64,000 nucleotides of DNA from positions 50-64,049 of the IMG/VR virus record IMGVR_UViG_3300037502_002379. One strand, written 5' to 3'. Position numbers and translations under genes: made by a program. This DNA is from a virus (Duplodnaviria > Caudoviricetes). A model generated the notes under the pieces. That model was given only the letters and a program-made list of their open reading frames with translations, ran no database searches and was not told the origin of the DNA. Shown here one piece after another: positions 37,301-47,223 of the stretch (position 1 is its first letter; every line of letters begins with the position of its first letter).

Positions 37301-39172
37301 CAACTCAAAAAAACTAAGCAGGTCTAAATCTTGGTCAGAAGGATTGGCTATTTTATCTTGCAAAAAATCTCTATACCTATCCCTGCCTGCCGTAGATGAA
37401 AAGTCAATAATGCCGTTATCAAGCTGCGACAACTGCGCCCTGCTTATTTGTTTCGACACCGCAAATGTGTCTGTACCTGCTGCGTAAGCAACAAACCCTC
37501 CTTCTGGCAAGTATTGCTGCATGATAACAGCAACTTGTGTTGGGCTTAAAGTTTGTGTGCCTGGATTGTTTTCTATGTAAATATCACCACCTGCAACAAT
37601 TACTCCACCAAACATAGGAATATTGCTTTGTGGGTCTTCGGGGTCATCCTCGTTTATCGTGGCGTTCTGTATCTGCCAAATCGGAGCGTTTGCTTTTGAC
37701 GAAGGGTTTATTGTTTTTGACATTCCAAATGTAACGGCAGGACTATTCATTAAGGTTGGCTGATAAATTCTTACACCGCCCGTTACCTTATACAATTTCT
37801 TTTTTTCTAAATCATCAACATTAACTGTCAAGTTAGCATCAACACAATCGGGTGCGTCATACCCTTGCAATGCGCCACCCGTTACCAATCTGCCTTGTGT
37901 AAATGTTAAAGCATTAGCCTTGCGCGGAACGTTGTCAAACGGCACACTAACCAAACTATCCGATACGGCTGCGGTTATTTGGTCGTTGTAAAAGTCATAT
38001 TCGGCTGATACATTAACACCGTCTGTTGTATAAAAATCGCATGGTTCAAGAGTTACCACATCGCGCCACAATCCTTCGTTTCCTATACGATACAGCACCC
38101 GTACTGATTTTAACACTACCCAATTATTTGTGTTAATAACATCTGAATTGTTAAAATCAACTTTGATGTAATTAAACAACTCGTAGTTTTGGTCGTTGCA
38201 GCTAATGTTGTTCAGCCCGATATTGCTGATAGGCGACAACTTACTTTCTTCGTTATTGTCATAGATATACTGCAACCTAAATTGCCATACGTTGTTTTTA
38301 ACAAAGTTAGATTGCCTTTCGCTGTCTTTACGCCATTCGTAGGTCGGCTGAAATGCAGGTATCCACTTAATTAAATCAAAGTATCTGTCAATCAAATTCA
38401 GCCCGTACCAATTATCTGCAACTACTTTATAGTTGCTGTTACCTGCAAAATCAAAATAGACTTGATTAGTTCCCGTTTCGGTAACATTCAAATCGCATCC
38501 GCAACTTTCGGCTGTCAGATAGTTTTGTGAAGCATTGATGTCGTTGGCTATTTGCTCAAATGCTTGTTCGCGTGTCAAGTTACCAACAAATGAGAACACC
38601 CCTGCAAACACTTGGTTGCCGTCCATATCGTATATGTTCCAACCCCATGACTGAAACGGCTGCACATAGTTCTTAGGAAGATATACTTTCCATGATTTTT
38701 GCTTTTCGGTAATGTTGCCTTTAACCACGTTTATCATACGCGGCTTTACGCTGTCTGTCCAATACAGCAACTTAGCATCTACCAACTCTACACCCGTAAT
38801 GTGTTCTTCATCGCTCCAGCCGAAATCGAATGTGATTATCTCTTGTATCGTTCCGTACGGATAGGCATTGCTTGTTTTACTTGGATAGTAGCGCAGTATC
38901 TTATGCTGCCCTTGACTGTTATAGACAAAGTATATGGTTGTGTTTTCGCCTCTGTCAAAATATGTTCCTATGCACTTGTTAATACCGCTTGGCAAAGTGT
39001 AGTTATCAATCAGCACATTGCCTTTGATATTGGTAACAACACCAAACTGCTTTTCATATCCTACGCTGTTGCTTATGTTAAGCGCATATCTGTAATCTTC
39101 GGGCGCTAATAGTCTGTTTTCGCTGTCGCTGTCTATGCCACCAATAGGACGATTTTCGGTTTGTTTGTGCAT
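34337..39172 (-). CDS. tail stabilisation/nozzle protein (P22 gp10-like, crAss-type muzzle)
   Basis: N-terminal GGIDSD...YRYALN, LYWTD..PR.IN, and C-terminal W.TFYSF.PE, NNFYG and F.KKE motifs. Confidence 0.8.
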   Translation of the reverse strand: MHKQTENRPIGGIDSDSENRLLAPEDYRYALNISNSVGYEKQFGVVTNIKGNVLIDNYTLPSGINKCIGTYFDRGENTTIYFVYNSQGQHKILRYYPSKTSNAYPYGTIQEIITFDFGWSDEEHITGVELVDAKLLYWTDSVKPRMINVVKGNITEKQKSWKVYLPKNYVQPFQSWGWNIYDMDGNQVFAGVFSFVGNLTREQAFEQIANDINASQNYLTAESCGCDLNVTETGTNQVYFDFAGNSNYKVVADNWYGLNLIDRYFDLIKWIPAFQPTYEWRKDSERQSNFVKNNVWQFRLQYIYDNNEESKLSPISNIGLNNISCNDQNYELFNYIKVDFNNSDVINTNNWVVLKSVRVLYRIGNEGLWRDVVTLEPCDFYTTDGVNVSAEYDFYNDQITAAVSDSLVSVPFDNVPRKANALTFTQGRLVTGGALQGYDAPDCVDANLTVNVDDLEKKKLYKVTGGVRIYQPTLMNSPAVTFGMSKTINPSSKANAPIWQIQNATINEDDPEDPQSNIPMFGGVIVAGGDIYIENNPGTQTLSPTQVAVIMQQYLPEGGFVAYAAGTDTFAVSKQISRAQLSQLDNGIIDFSSTAGRDRYRDFLQDKIANPSDQDLDLLSFFELELPAGRHVIRLASHWCSFGDVLGKGGIYDLRSGRSYQQTSTNVYGVDDSPIGGAWKGGVGEIVVEVTNSDVYIGEFVVQDMVLWRQLPNNSGDGYFKVATGYLYDANGAVGVEDLQSAISVERSLVTFDSAPNIEYNRCVTDHNGYFFTSDYDTQSIRILADQVSATPNAPTALRQGGDVIYRDTQTSALWALKNGTLTPYSASSATIWNNTIFISDDFNDLIIPVTNTLARLTCSSVITGRVVDANGEPVFANLVYTNGRLATQDNLGNFRLIAWGSRWQNGYINSNNRIFDNLIFGGTDFCTIVYDNGAIENIQFTEFGTNATTTPPPFSPTAKFDVGTVIATDSGNIITKSEKRGSFKRFGLRYSDEAGRYTTVIPVADIYIPFITEPLDAIGQIGVFKDGAANISWTLQSAAPSFASTYQWMRTKDRIYGKQLSWICSDVQYLALTSYDVDGTTELPEILTSFEAGGYTSIKVSITNIVDYYRLNNSSLVTYEFDAGDRLRLVADKNGVRYEQLIDFEIVNYETTTQTVILRNNGVNVEIESGCMIEIYNSLLGAETEEETWYEIGECYDVVNGQHSVTSGTFEGGDSYFRYRKVPVFEAGSASKYYVDIFECKTISDFYESEDEDIGRTGLVTDSLNQIFRPTLLQHSNLYLPNTQINGLSNFEPANEKELSLSYGELFRLVPVENTLISIHSKKIVSSYLKRQLLIDAEQASSLVASAEEFFGTDNPYMQDWGTQHAESVFFWNGYIYGADQRMTLVWRRANDGLNAISDYKAKSLFKSELVGRTSIIGQFDEYKNEAVFTLIGGTPAKTIAFFEPKNRWTTFYSFTPEAYGQSGNNIVSFVSGRIWLHDRSATYNNFYGVQAVSELWYIVNTENIAPKVWQAMYLEILNTANTNNWTIYEISNDNGQLSRIDKSSFVKKEAYWHSSFKRDLNTVAVSNPIINGRAMRSNMIVVKMRNDGNDLETLKGIVTAYQVSERITF

Positions 39173-39206
39173 GGCAGCAAAGTTAAAAAATGTGAATGAC
39201 TATATT

Positions 39207-39998
39207 CTATCTTTTTGGCGATTGGCTGAATGTTGCCAAATATGTTTGTTTCCAATCAAATGCGGTCATGGCTGCACTTCTTGCTCTAAAGCCTTTTAAC
39301 GCTTGCGTGTAGTCTTGGTAGTATGGTTGCAAACTCAAACGTGTTGATAGGTTCGGGTTGTGTTTTTGTGCGCGGTAATGTACTGCGGCTTGCAATACGG
39401 GGATTGCACTTTCGGGTACTAATGTGCTATCGCCTTCCAATCCATCACTTTGATATTCCATGATAACTTGTTGGCTTCTTATCCAACTGTCAAAGGCTAT
39501 AATACGCTGCTTTAAATCAATTTTAAAGCCCCCACGATATACATTACCACCGTAGCCGTAAAAGCCTCCGTAAAACGTACCGTCAAGCCATGTAGGATAG
39601 CTGTACCACCACAAGCCCCAACCAAAACCACCTGCATTGTCTAAGTTGCCATTGCAGCCACATAGCATTTCTTGTTGTGCTTGCTGCGAAGGACAATCGC
39701 ACCCTGCACTGTTTAAATTGATATTTCCTAAAATACGTTCGTTATATGATAGGTTCATAAACACTCCGTTGCAATTCACACCGACCTTAATAAAGTCAAT
39801 GTAATCATCAGGCAGATACGCAATGTTGTTTTCGTTTATTTCAAGTATGGTAGTTGTGTTGCTGATAGGTAGCAATCCCGATAAACGTAGCTGTCTGTAT
39901 TCGTCAATAGCATACTTGACAAACTTGCGGTACAGCGACATATCCTCTGCGCCTATATCCGCTAAACACGATTTTGCTATGTATCCTATGTTCTTCAT
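39207..39998 (-). CDS. tail ring/tubular protein
   Basis: LPDDYIDF.KVG and MEYQSDG motifs; position in the tail block. Confidence 0.65.
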   Translation of the reverse strand: MKNIGYIAKSCLADIGAEDMSLYRKFVKYAIDEYRQLRLSGLLPISNTTTILEINENNIAYLPDDYIDFIKVGVNCNGVFMNLSYNERILGNINLNSAGCDCPSQQAQQEMLCGCNGNLDNAGGFGWGLWWYSYPTWLDGTFYGGFYGYGGNVYRGGFKIDLKQRIIAFDSWIRSQQVIMEYQSDGLEGDSTLVPESAIPVLQAAVHYRAQKHNPNLSTRLSLQPYYQDYTQALKGFRARSAAMTAFDWKQTYLATFSQSPKR

Positions 39999-40588
39999 TA
40001 GCTTATGCTTTGTCTGCCGTCATTTGTTTTATCTTCCGCTATCTGCCCACCTAACAACAACTGCGAAACACGCCTTACCAATTCAGCCGTTTGCTCGTTT
40101 GATAATGGCAATCTGTCTGTATCGCTCATACCATTAATAGACGGTATCGCTACCACCAATACTTCGCTCACAAACCACTCCAAATTCAAAAAGTACATTC
40201 TGTTGTTTTCTATCCAATATGTAGGCTGACTTACATTGCCTGCTTCCAAATCGGAATAGATACCAACATCCCCTGCCTTAGCCATAAAAAACGGATTAAA
40301 GCGGTCTTGTGTCTTACTAACCGATATTAAACTGTTAGAGGATTGTACGCTTTCTAATGCGTTTTCTAATGGTATATATTTCAGATTAAGTGTGGCATCT
40401 TTCTTAACGGCAACAATAGACGATATGGCAAAGTCTGATTTGCTGTAACCTGCCTTTGTCCATTCAAGCATCAATTCACCAAAAACAGTATCGCACGTCC
40501 ACGCTATCTGCTGTGGCTGAAACTTTCTGTCTTGGGAGTTTTGCCCTAAATTCAATAAGATACCATCAACTATTTCGTACTTTGTCAT
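39998..40588 (-). CDS. tail ring/tubular protein
   Basis: Position; YWIENNRMYF motif. Confidence 0.55.
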   Translation of the reverse strand: MTKYEIVDGILLNLGQNSQDRKFQPQQIAWTCDTVFGELMLEWTKAGYSKSDFAISSIVAVKKDATLNLKYIPLENALESVQSSNSLISVSKTQDRFNPFFMAKAGDVGIYSDLEAGNVSQPTYWIENNRMYFLNLEWFVSEVLVVAIPSINGMSDTDRLPLSNEQTAELVRRVSQLLLGGQIAEDKTNDGRQSIS

Positions 40589-41304
40589 TAGTTGCCTTGT
40601 GTTCTTCTTTGTTCAACCATCTGATATAGCATTTCTTCGCGTATGTTAATGCTCAAATACTTCAACACCCGTATGCAGAAATCTACAAACATGGTATCTG
40701 GAAACTCTATATCAACACTTGTATTCGGGTCGTAAATGGCTTGGTCGCCTTGCATGGTATATCCCCAAACGGGTGTAATAGGGTATCGCACATAAGTCAA
40801 TTCGCCAACACTAATATCTTCGGGAAAAGCCTTGATACCATACGAATAAAACGCCATAATCGGGTATCGGTATGATGGTCGCAGCACTGTGTTGTTTAAC
40901 CTAACGCTTAACTCCGCATCGGTTACATATTCAAAAGTAGTTACTTCCTTAATGTTGGTTGCGGGCTTTTTGCACTTTGCGCTTTTGCTTTCGGTGTAAA
41001 GAAACCGCATTGACGAAAATGCCGCATAATCATTAGGAATAGGAAAGTAACCATCATTATTTGTTGTCAGTTTTTGTTTGACGATAAATTTACGCAAATC
41101 GTCTGTTATCTTTTGCGTAATCTGATAGGTTACTCTAGGCTGCGGATTGCCAACTTGGTATTCTTCGGGCAGTCCAATACGCTCTTTAAGCAAGTCATAA
41201 TTGACCGCTTTGCATGATACGTTAAATTCATCGGGGCTAATACTGCCACTCTGACTTTTGTTTCCCAAATACATTATGAACTCAAAAACATCATTAATGT
41301 TCAT
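40588..41304 (-). CDS. tail ring/head-tail adaptor protein
   Basis: NK.QSG.ISP.EFN, P.DY and YVRYP..P.WGY motifs typical of crAss-like ring proteins. Confidence 0.7.
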   Translation of the reverse strand: MNINDVFEFIMYLGNKSQSGSISPDEFNVSCKAVNYDLLKERIGLPEEYQVGNPQPRVTYQITQKITDDLRKFIVKQKLTTNNDGYFPIPNDYAAFSSMRFLYTESKSAKCKKPATNIKEVTTFEYVTDAELSVRLNNTVLRPSYRYPIMAFYSYGIKAFPEDISVGELTYVRYPITPVWGYTMQGDQAIYDPNTSVDIEFPDTMFVDFCIRVLKYLSINIREEMLYQMVEQRRTQGN

Positions 41305-41365
41305 TGCGCAAAATTAATTAATTTTTTTATTCTAAATTTTTTATATTTGTTTCAAATTGTAGTCA

Positions 41366-42283
41366 ATGCGAAGATATACTGAAGAGCAAATTAACAGTAG
41401 TGAAGTTTGCAATATGTACAAAAAAGGATTTACATCTAGGCAAATAGCTAAACATTTTAATTGTGACAAAGGGTGTATTTTAAAAAGATTAAAAGAAAAT
41501 AATATTACGGCAAGAGGAAATGAATTAGCTAACAGAAAGCATTTTTTTAATTACAGATACTTAGAAAAAATTGATTCCGAAGAAAAGGCTTACATTCTTG
41601 GATTTATAATGGCTGACGGTTGTGTTGATAGGCTAATGACAAGATTGATTATAAATTTAGCTCATATAGATATTGACGTGCTAAAATTTATATCAAAGTG
41701 TTTTTCTTATGATAGCTCTTTGGTTTTTAAAAAATCAGTCTTAAACAGAATGCCGCAATATTCGTTAAGTTTAAATAGCAAAGAGTTATGTATTGATTTG
41801 AAAAATCATGGAGTTTTGCCTATGAAATCATATAATGCAACCTATCCCAAAACAATACCTAAACATCTAAACAAAGATTTTATAAGTGGGCTGTTTGATG
41901 GCGATGGTAGCGTTTCTCACAATCCATCTAAAAAAACAACTAATTGCTCTATTGCTGGAACTCCTGAAATAATTATAGAATGTCAAAAAATATTATTAGA
42001 ACAATATAACTTTTCAACATCTATTGAATATAAAAAAACAAAAAATTCTACAACTGCTATTTTAAGATTTGGTGGAAGAAGAAAATCTTTAGTGTTTTAT
42101 GAAACTATTTACAAAAGCCAATTTTTTAGATTAACAAGGAAAAACGATAAGTTTATACAATCTATGAGTGCAGATGTAAACCCGTATGGAATAAAAAAAT
42201 GTAAGATTTGCGATTTAAAACACGAATCAAAAGGTTATTGTAGAAAGCATTTATATCAATACCAAAAAAGCATTCGCAAATAA
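41366..42283 (+). CDS. free-standing double-motif LAGLIDADG homing endonuclease with N-terminal HTH
   Basis: AYILGFIMADG and FISGLFDGDG motifs; AT-rich; opposite strand to its neighbours. Confidence 0.85.
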   Translation: MRRYTEEQINSSEVCNMYKKGFTSRQIAKHFNCDKGCILKRLKENNITARGNELANRKHFFNYRYLEKIDSEEKAYILGFIMADGCVDRLMTRLIINLAHIDIDVLKFISKCFSYDSSLVFKKSVLNRMPQYSLSLNSKELCIDLKNHGVLPMKSYNATYPKTIPKHLNKDFISGLFDGDGSVSHNPSKKTTNCSIAGTPEIIIECQKILLEQYNFSTSIEYKKTKNSTTAILRFGGRRKSLVFYETIYKSQFFRLTRKNDKFIQSMSADVNPYGIKKCKICDLKHESKGYCRKHLYQYQKSIRK

Positions 42284-42303
42284 AAATACCTCGTTTATGT
42301 TCA

Positions 42304-43494
42304 TTAGCTGCGTTCTACTACTACACTAATTAATGCCCTGCCACCTGCTGTTGTCTTTGCTGTGGTGAAACTTAATACATCACCTGCCACAAATGTGTTA
42401 TTCGCTGTTGGTGTTGTGGTCTGCGCTGTGTTTAATGCAGCACTTGCGCTAAATGTTACAACACCGCTTGTCATTGTTGTGCCGCCTTGATTTTTCGGTG
42501 TTATCGTTGCGCTATCCGTAGCTGCAATTGCTTTTACAACCGTAGCGTAAATAGTAACAACCGACCCTGCATATGGCATCAATATCTTGTTATCGCATTG
42601 CTCACCTGCCTCAAAGCTAACCGTAAAGTTTAGCACTTCGGTTCTTGCTTCTTGTGTCAATGTGCTTGGGGTCAATGTATCTGCTGTTACGTCTGCCGCA
42701 ACAAGCAAGCCTACACTTGGTGTACCTGCCGCGTATTTCTGCAACCCCGTTGCTGCGCTGTTATCCAATCCCGTACCACCCCTGCTTACATTCAACGCTG
42801 CCTCGCTTGACATTACTCCGCTACCATCGTTTATCAACACATGGTTTGCTGTGCCGCTTGCAAGTTTGGTGCGAGCAATGGCTGCTGCTGCTGCAACTTT
42901 AGCATTTGTAATTACATTGTTTGCAATTGTGAATGTTAATTGGTCTGATACTGCACTCCATGTTATTTCTGATGTTCCGCTTGCTTGTGCGCCAACAATA
43001 TTTGTTCCGTTGTTTATCGGTATCTCTTGGCTTCCAATCGGTATGTATTGCAATACTCCACTACCGTCTGTTGCTACAATTTCATTTGTACCTGCACCGC
43101 TTAATTTATCCAACGCAACGCTATTGTCCAATAATTCAGTACCGTCAATAGAATCTGATTGCAATGCTGCCGTTTGAACAAACGAATACCATGCCCCTGC
43201 GCCTGCACTCCATCGGAAATACACACGCACTTTCTTTAATGATAAATATGCAGGTATTGACTGCCCTAGTATTGTAAAAGTAAACGCCCCGTTGGTTATC
43301 GTGCCGGGCAAGTCAAAGCAAATTGTCTGCCCTTCAAACGGTGTTCCACTAAGCGAAAATGTTAGGTTAGCCGCAAGCGATACGCTGCCACTTGTTTCTA
43401 CAACATAGCGGCTAAATAAGTCTGTTGCGTTTATAGTTACAGTACCCGTTGCGGCTGCTACCGTAATATATCTTGTTGTAGGTGCTACTGACAT
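42304..43494 (-). CDS. virion fibre/structural protein
   Basis: A/T/G/S-rich; IT.AKV and L.VSRGGTG fibre repeats. Confidence 0.65.
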   Translation of the reverse strand: MSVAPTTRYITVAAATGTVTINATDLFSRYVVETSGSVSLAANLTFSLSGTPFEGQTICFDLPGTITNGAFTFTILGQSIPAYLSLKKVRVYFRWSAGAGAWYSFVQTAALQSDSIDGTELLDNSVALDKLSGAGTNEIVATDGSGVLQYIPIGSQEIPINNGTNIVGAQASGTSEITWSAVSDQLTFTIANNVITNAKVAAAAAIARTKLASGTANHVLINDGSGVMSSEAALNVSRGGTGLDNSAATGLQKYAAGTPSVGLLVAADVTADTLTPSTLTQEARTEVLNFTVSFEAGEQCDNKILMPYAGSVVTIYATVVKAIAATDSATITPKNQGGTTMTSGVVTFSASAALNTAQTTTPTANNTFVAGDVLSFTTAKTTAGGRALISVVVERS

Positions 43495-43500
43495 CGTTTT

Positions 43501-44064
43501 TTATAAGTTGATTACGTAATATGTTACAATAACTTTAATATCGCTATCCCCTGCTGTTGGATTCGATGTGGCAGTTGTTAAAACCATATTGGCATTTGAT
43601 ACAAAATTAGAGCCAGATATACTGTATCCAGATGCTATATATCTATTGGAAAAAAAATTAGATGTGGCTGACAACACCCCATTTTCCGTACCAACTTGCT
43701 GTAAAGAGATAAACGCCCTCAATATTGTATCTGTTGCATATGGAGTTGTGGCATAAGTCATAACAAAATTTAATGCTACGGGAACAATTACGGTGTTTGC
43801 ACCTTGTGCTGGAACTAAAACTACGGGAGATGTATTAATGTTTTTAATCTGCGCGGATGTTATAGTTACTGTTGATTGCTGCAATAAACCACTTCCCGCA
43901 CCACTTGCCTGCCACGTAGCCACTCCGTTTGCATCAGAGGTAAGCACATACCCATTTGTTGCCCCATCCTCAATGGATAGCTGACACCCCGATTTTACTG
44001 TTAATGATTCAGTTGTTTCAACTTGGCCTTCAAACCTATAATCTTGCTCTTGTATAATTGGCAT
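43501..44064 (-). CDS. virion fibre/structural protein
   Basis: GYVLTSDANG.ATW fibre motif. Confidence 0.6.
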   Translation of the reverse strand: MPIIQEQDYRFEGQVETTESLTVKSGCQLSIEDGATNGYVLTSDANGVATWQASGAGSGLLQQSTVTITSAQIKNINTSPVVLVPAQGANTVIVPVALNFVMTYATTPYATDTILRAFISLQQVGTENGVLSATSNFFSNRYIASGYSISGSNFVSNANMVLTTATSNPTAGDSDIKVIVTYYVINL

Positions 44065-44075
44065 TTCTGTATTTT

Positions 44076-45956
44076 TTAGATGTAATCAAAGTTTACTGTT
44101 GAACCCGCTGCGGTTGTAAATGCAAATGTTATGGTGTCAATTCCGTTATTGTACGACCAATCAGATGTTTGCAGCAATATACCGTCAAGATAAACTCTCA
44201 ATAATGTTTTGCCAGTAGAGCCAATTATGCCTGTGTAAACATTTGTTGGCGTTGTTGTAAATGGAGTTCCGTATAGCACGTTATTGCTTTGAGGTATTGT
44301 CAAGTTACCTATTTTTTTACTTGTTACTATAAAGTATGGTACACTAACCGCGCCTATGTTAGAGGCCGTACAGTTCAATACAATCGGTATTGTTGACGCG
44401 AAGTTCAGCCCCGTTACGGTCATGTTTTCAACATTTGAAAATACAACATCGCCTATTGTGAATGTGCTTACAGAAGAAAAGGTTGCGTAAATACCACTTG
44501 TGAATTTGTGCTGCACCAATACGCTGTTTGAATTGTACTTGCTGTACGTTAGTTTGCCGCTTACAAATTGAGTGGAGCGAACATCTAATTCAAGTCTGTT
44601 ATTAGGGAATGGTGGATTTTTTTCAAATGGAGGCAATGTTACTACACCGCCAAAAGATATTGTCGCTATTGCTGTTCCTGCGGAAATACTTATCTGATAT
44701 TCTACTTCAACAATATCCCCATCGGATTGAAACGTATTGGCAGGCAATGATTCCGTGAACAAATCTTCTGATGCCGTTGTAGCGTTTTGGATAACGGTTG
44801 TTTGTGCTACGGCAGGCTCATTGAATAATACCGTTGTACCGTTTTGCCCAACAATAGCGTTTATATCCAATAGGTTTGTCCATGTAACACCGTTGTCGTA
44901 ACTTACTTGTATATATCCACCGCTAACCTGCAAAAGTGGGCTGATACCGTCTGTACCGTCCGCACCGTCCGCACCGTTTATAATTGTGGTCGCAAGTATC
45001 GGTGTAGGTGTTTCGCCATCACATCCGCAATCGCAGGCATCGTCAATACCTATGACCTCGTATATCTTGTCAATGTATTGCTGTATTTGGCTTGATGATT
45101 TACCGCATAACTGCGCTTGATAGGCTGCTGCGTATTCATCCCAAACAAAATTGTAATCGTTCCATTCTTGTTGTGTTACCGCCCTTGCAGCCAATTTCTT
45201 TAGGAATTGTCCGCGATATTTCAGCAACACGCAAAGCAATTTGCAGAAGTTGGTATCGCATACCACGACTTGTTCGCCTTCGCCCGTAACCTCTACAATG
45301 ATTGTGGTGTTGTTACCAACGGCATAAGTAAGCGTGCTTTCAATTAGCCAACTCCATGTTCCCGTATATGGTATACCACTATTATACACAAGTACGGTTT
45401 GGTTGCCCGTTTGTGTTGGCTGATTGCTTAACGGAGGCGGTATCAAACTATGTACTCTTGTCAAACTCGAATACGCCCCGTATGCTGTGGTGTCCGTGTT
45501 TTTAATGATTGCCGTGTTGCAATTAAACTCAAACGTAGAAGTACATTCGCTTGGGAACGGCTGACACAAATTGCCGCTATCTAACTTTGTTACGATGTTT
45601 GTAGGCAAGTTAGTTGTGCCAAAATCCTCAATGACTTGTACCTTGTAATTCACGGTGTACGTGCCGAACAGATAACCACCGCCCGTTGCTGTTGGTATAG
45701 TAATTACCTTTGTAAAATCACTTGCGTTTATATCAACATCGGGTGAACTGAAATCGTCCAACACATATCCGCTATTGATGTAAACCACCGTTCCGTTTGG
45801 GTCAATCACTTGAAACAAGCCGTATATTCTGTAAGGACTTGCAAGCGTCAAAGCACCTGCGTAGTTAGATATATCGGTTAAAGTCAGATTGCCCGTAGTC
45901 AAATCAAACTGCTTGCTAACTACTATAACTGATTGGATTTGCGCTGCTGTTGCCAT
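44076..45956 (-). CDS. structural protein (tail hub/fibre-like)
   Basis: Cys clusters, short GxD repeats, IQVSYDNG.TW motif. Confidence 0.6.
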   Translation of the reverse strand: MATAAQIQSVIVVSKQFDLTTGNLTLTDISNYAGALTLASPYRIYGLFQVIDPNGTVVYINSGYVLDDFSSPDVDINASDFTKVITIPTATGGGYLFGTYTVNYKVQVIEDFGTTNLPTNIVTKLDSGNLCQPFPSECTSTFEFNCNTAIIKNTDTTAYGAYSSLTRVHSLIPPPLSNQPTQTGNQTVLVYNSGIPYTGTWSWLIESTLTYAVGNNTTIIVEVTGEGEQVVVCDTNFCKLLCVLLKYRGQFLKKLAARAVTQQEWNDYNFVWDEYAAAYQAQLCGKSSSQIQQYIDKIYEVIGIDDACDCGCDGETPTPILATTIINGADGADGTDGISPLLQVSGGYIQVSYDNGVTWTNLLDINAIVGQNGTTVLFNEPAVAQTTVIQNATTASEDLFTESLPANTFQSDGDIVEVEYQISISAGTAIATISFGGVVTLPPFEKNPPFPNNRLELDVRSTQFVSGKLTYSKYNSNSVLVQHKFTSGIYATFSSVSTFTIGDVVFSNVENMTVTGLNFASTIPIVLNCTASNIGAVSVPYFIVTSKKIGNLTIPQSNNVLYGTPFTTTPTNVYTGIIGSTGKTLLRVYLDGILLQTSDWSYNNGIDTITFAFTTAAGSTVNFDYI

Positions 45957-46011
45957 TGAAAATACTTATGGCGCAAAAATAACATTTTTTCACATTCAAA
46001 AAGAAACAAAT

Positions 46012-46047
46012 AAAAAAGCCCTCACATTTCTGCAAGGGCTTTCTTTT
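46012..46047 (-). terminator. intrinsic terminator
   Basis: AAAAAAGCCCT...AGGGCTTTCTTTT hairpin. Confidence 0.75.
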
Positions 46048-46061
46048 ATCGGTTAGGTTTG

Positions 46062-47153
46062 TTACGCCTTAGCTTCTTTGTTGCTTTTTAAAGCAAGCAA
46101 TTGTTCTACCGTTATACCTAATTCGATTGCGGCTTTTTCTAACACGCTATCTTCTTTTTGCTCAACAATCCCTGCTGTGGCTTTTTGAATTAAGTCTTGG
46201 ATAGATGATATGGTTGCCGTATCTGCCTTCTCAACAAGTTTCGCGGCTACAACTTCGTGTTTGTTGCCATCTACTCCTTTAGGTAATTGCATGATAGGCT
46301 GTGCTTTGCCTTTGTTATAGTAAGGTGTTTCCTTACCCCACTTCACCCTTTGTTCGCTAAATGTCAAAATACCCAAATCAAAAGCGGTTTTAATCTGCGC
46401 TGACAATCGGTATGATTGCGAAGTCAAGTCTTTCAAGAACTTGTCAGGGTTTTCTTTTGCCTTGTTAGACAACCATACTCTGATTTTCTTGATTGGCGAC
46501 TTAGCTGCGTTCTGCATACCATAAGATGTTGCCATATCCAATGCGTGTTCGTCTGACAACTTAGTCTTGTCATAGCACAACGCTTGTGCCTGTACCGCCC
46601 TTGCTGATTCGTAGTAGTCTGTTTCAGCTTCCAACTTAGGCTTCAATTCGTAAATCAAAAATCCTCCGTTCTGTGGTTTGTACAATGGCTCACCATCGTT
46701 ATTCATCATCCACTTGTGGTTGGTCTGATTGCGCTCACTCATACGTAAGAACAATAACACATCTTCTTGACCGGGATATACGGTGTAATTTCCGTCCTCA
46801 AACTGCAATCTGTCGCTGCCATTATACAGATAGATAGTGGTGTCGTCTTTTACCGTTTCGGTTGTGTACAATACAACATTTTCAGAAATAGGCACGTTAC
46901 CTTCATCAATAAAAGTGTTGTTGGCGTGTATCTGAAATCCGAATGTTTTTGCGTATCGTGGTTTGTAAAACACCGAATTATCTCTCGGTGATACCATTGG
47001 TACTAATTGTTTGTACCCTGCGCTTTGCCAAAATACTATTGGCTCTTTGATTTGTACTTCTGAATTGTCTGCGCTTTTAGGCAATCCTAATGTTACCTTT
47101 AATCTGTCGTACACCTCTTGGGTGCTTAATAACTTACCGTTAATTTTTAGCAT
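46062..47153 (-). CDS. conserved protein downstream of the capsid gene
   Basis: 363-aa ORF; position only. Confidence 0.6.
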   Translation of the reverse strand: MLKINGKLLSTQEVYDRLKVTLGLPKSADNSEVQIKEPIVFWQSAGYKQLVPMVSPRDNSVFYKPRYAKTFGFQIHANNTFIDEGNVPISENVVLYTTETVKDDTTIYLYNGSDRLQFEDGNYTVYPGQEDVLLFLRMSERNQTNHKWMMNNDGEPLYKPQNGGFLIYELKPKLEAETDYYESARAVQAQALCYDKTKLSDEHALDMATSYGMQNAAKSPIKKIRVWLSNKAKENPDKFLKDLTSQSYRLSAQIKTAFDLGILTFSEQRVKWGKETPYYNKGKAQPIMQLPKGVDGNKHEVVAAKLVEKADTATISSIQDLIQKATAGIVEQKEDSVLEKAAIELGITVEQLLALKSNKEAKA

Positions 47154-47176
47154 GGTTAATTGTTTTGTTAATGATT

Positions 47177-47211
47177 AAAAAAGCAAAGGGGTGTATTTCA
47201 ACCCCTCTGCT
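47177..47211 (-). terminator. intrinsic terminator after the major capsid gene
   Basis: AGCAGAGGGG...CCCCTTTGCTTTTTT on the minus strand. Confidence 0.7.
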
Positions 47212-47223
47212 AAAAGTTAAATA

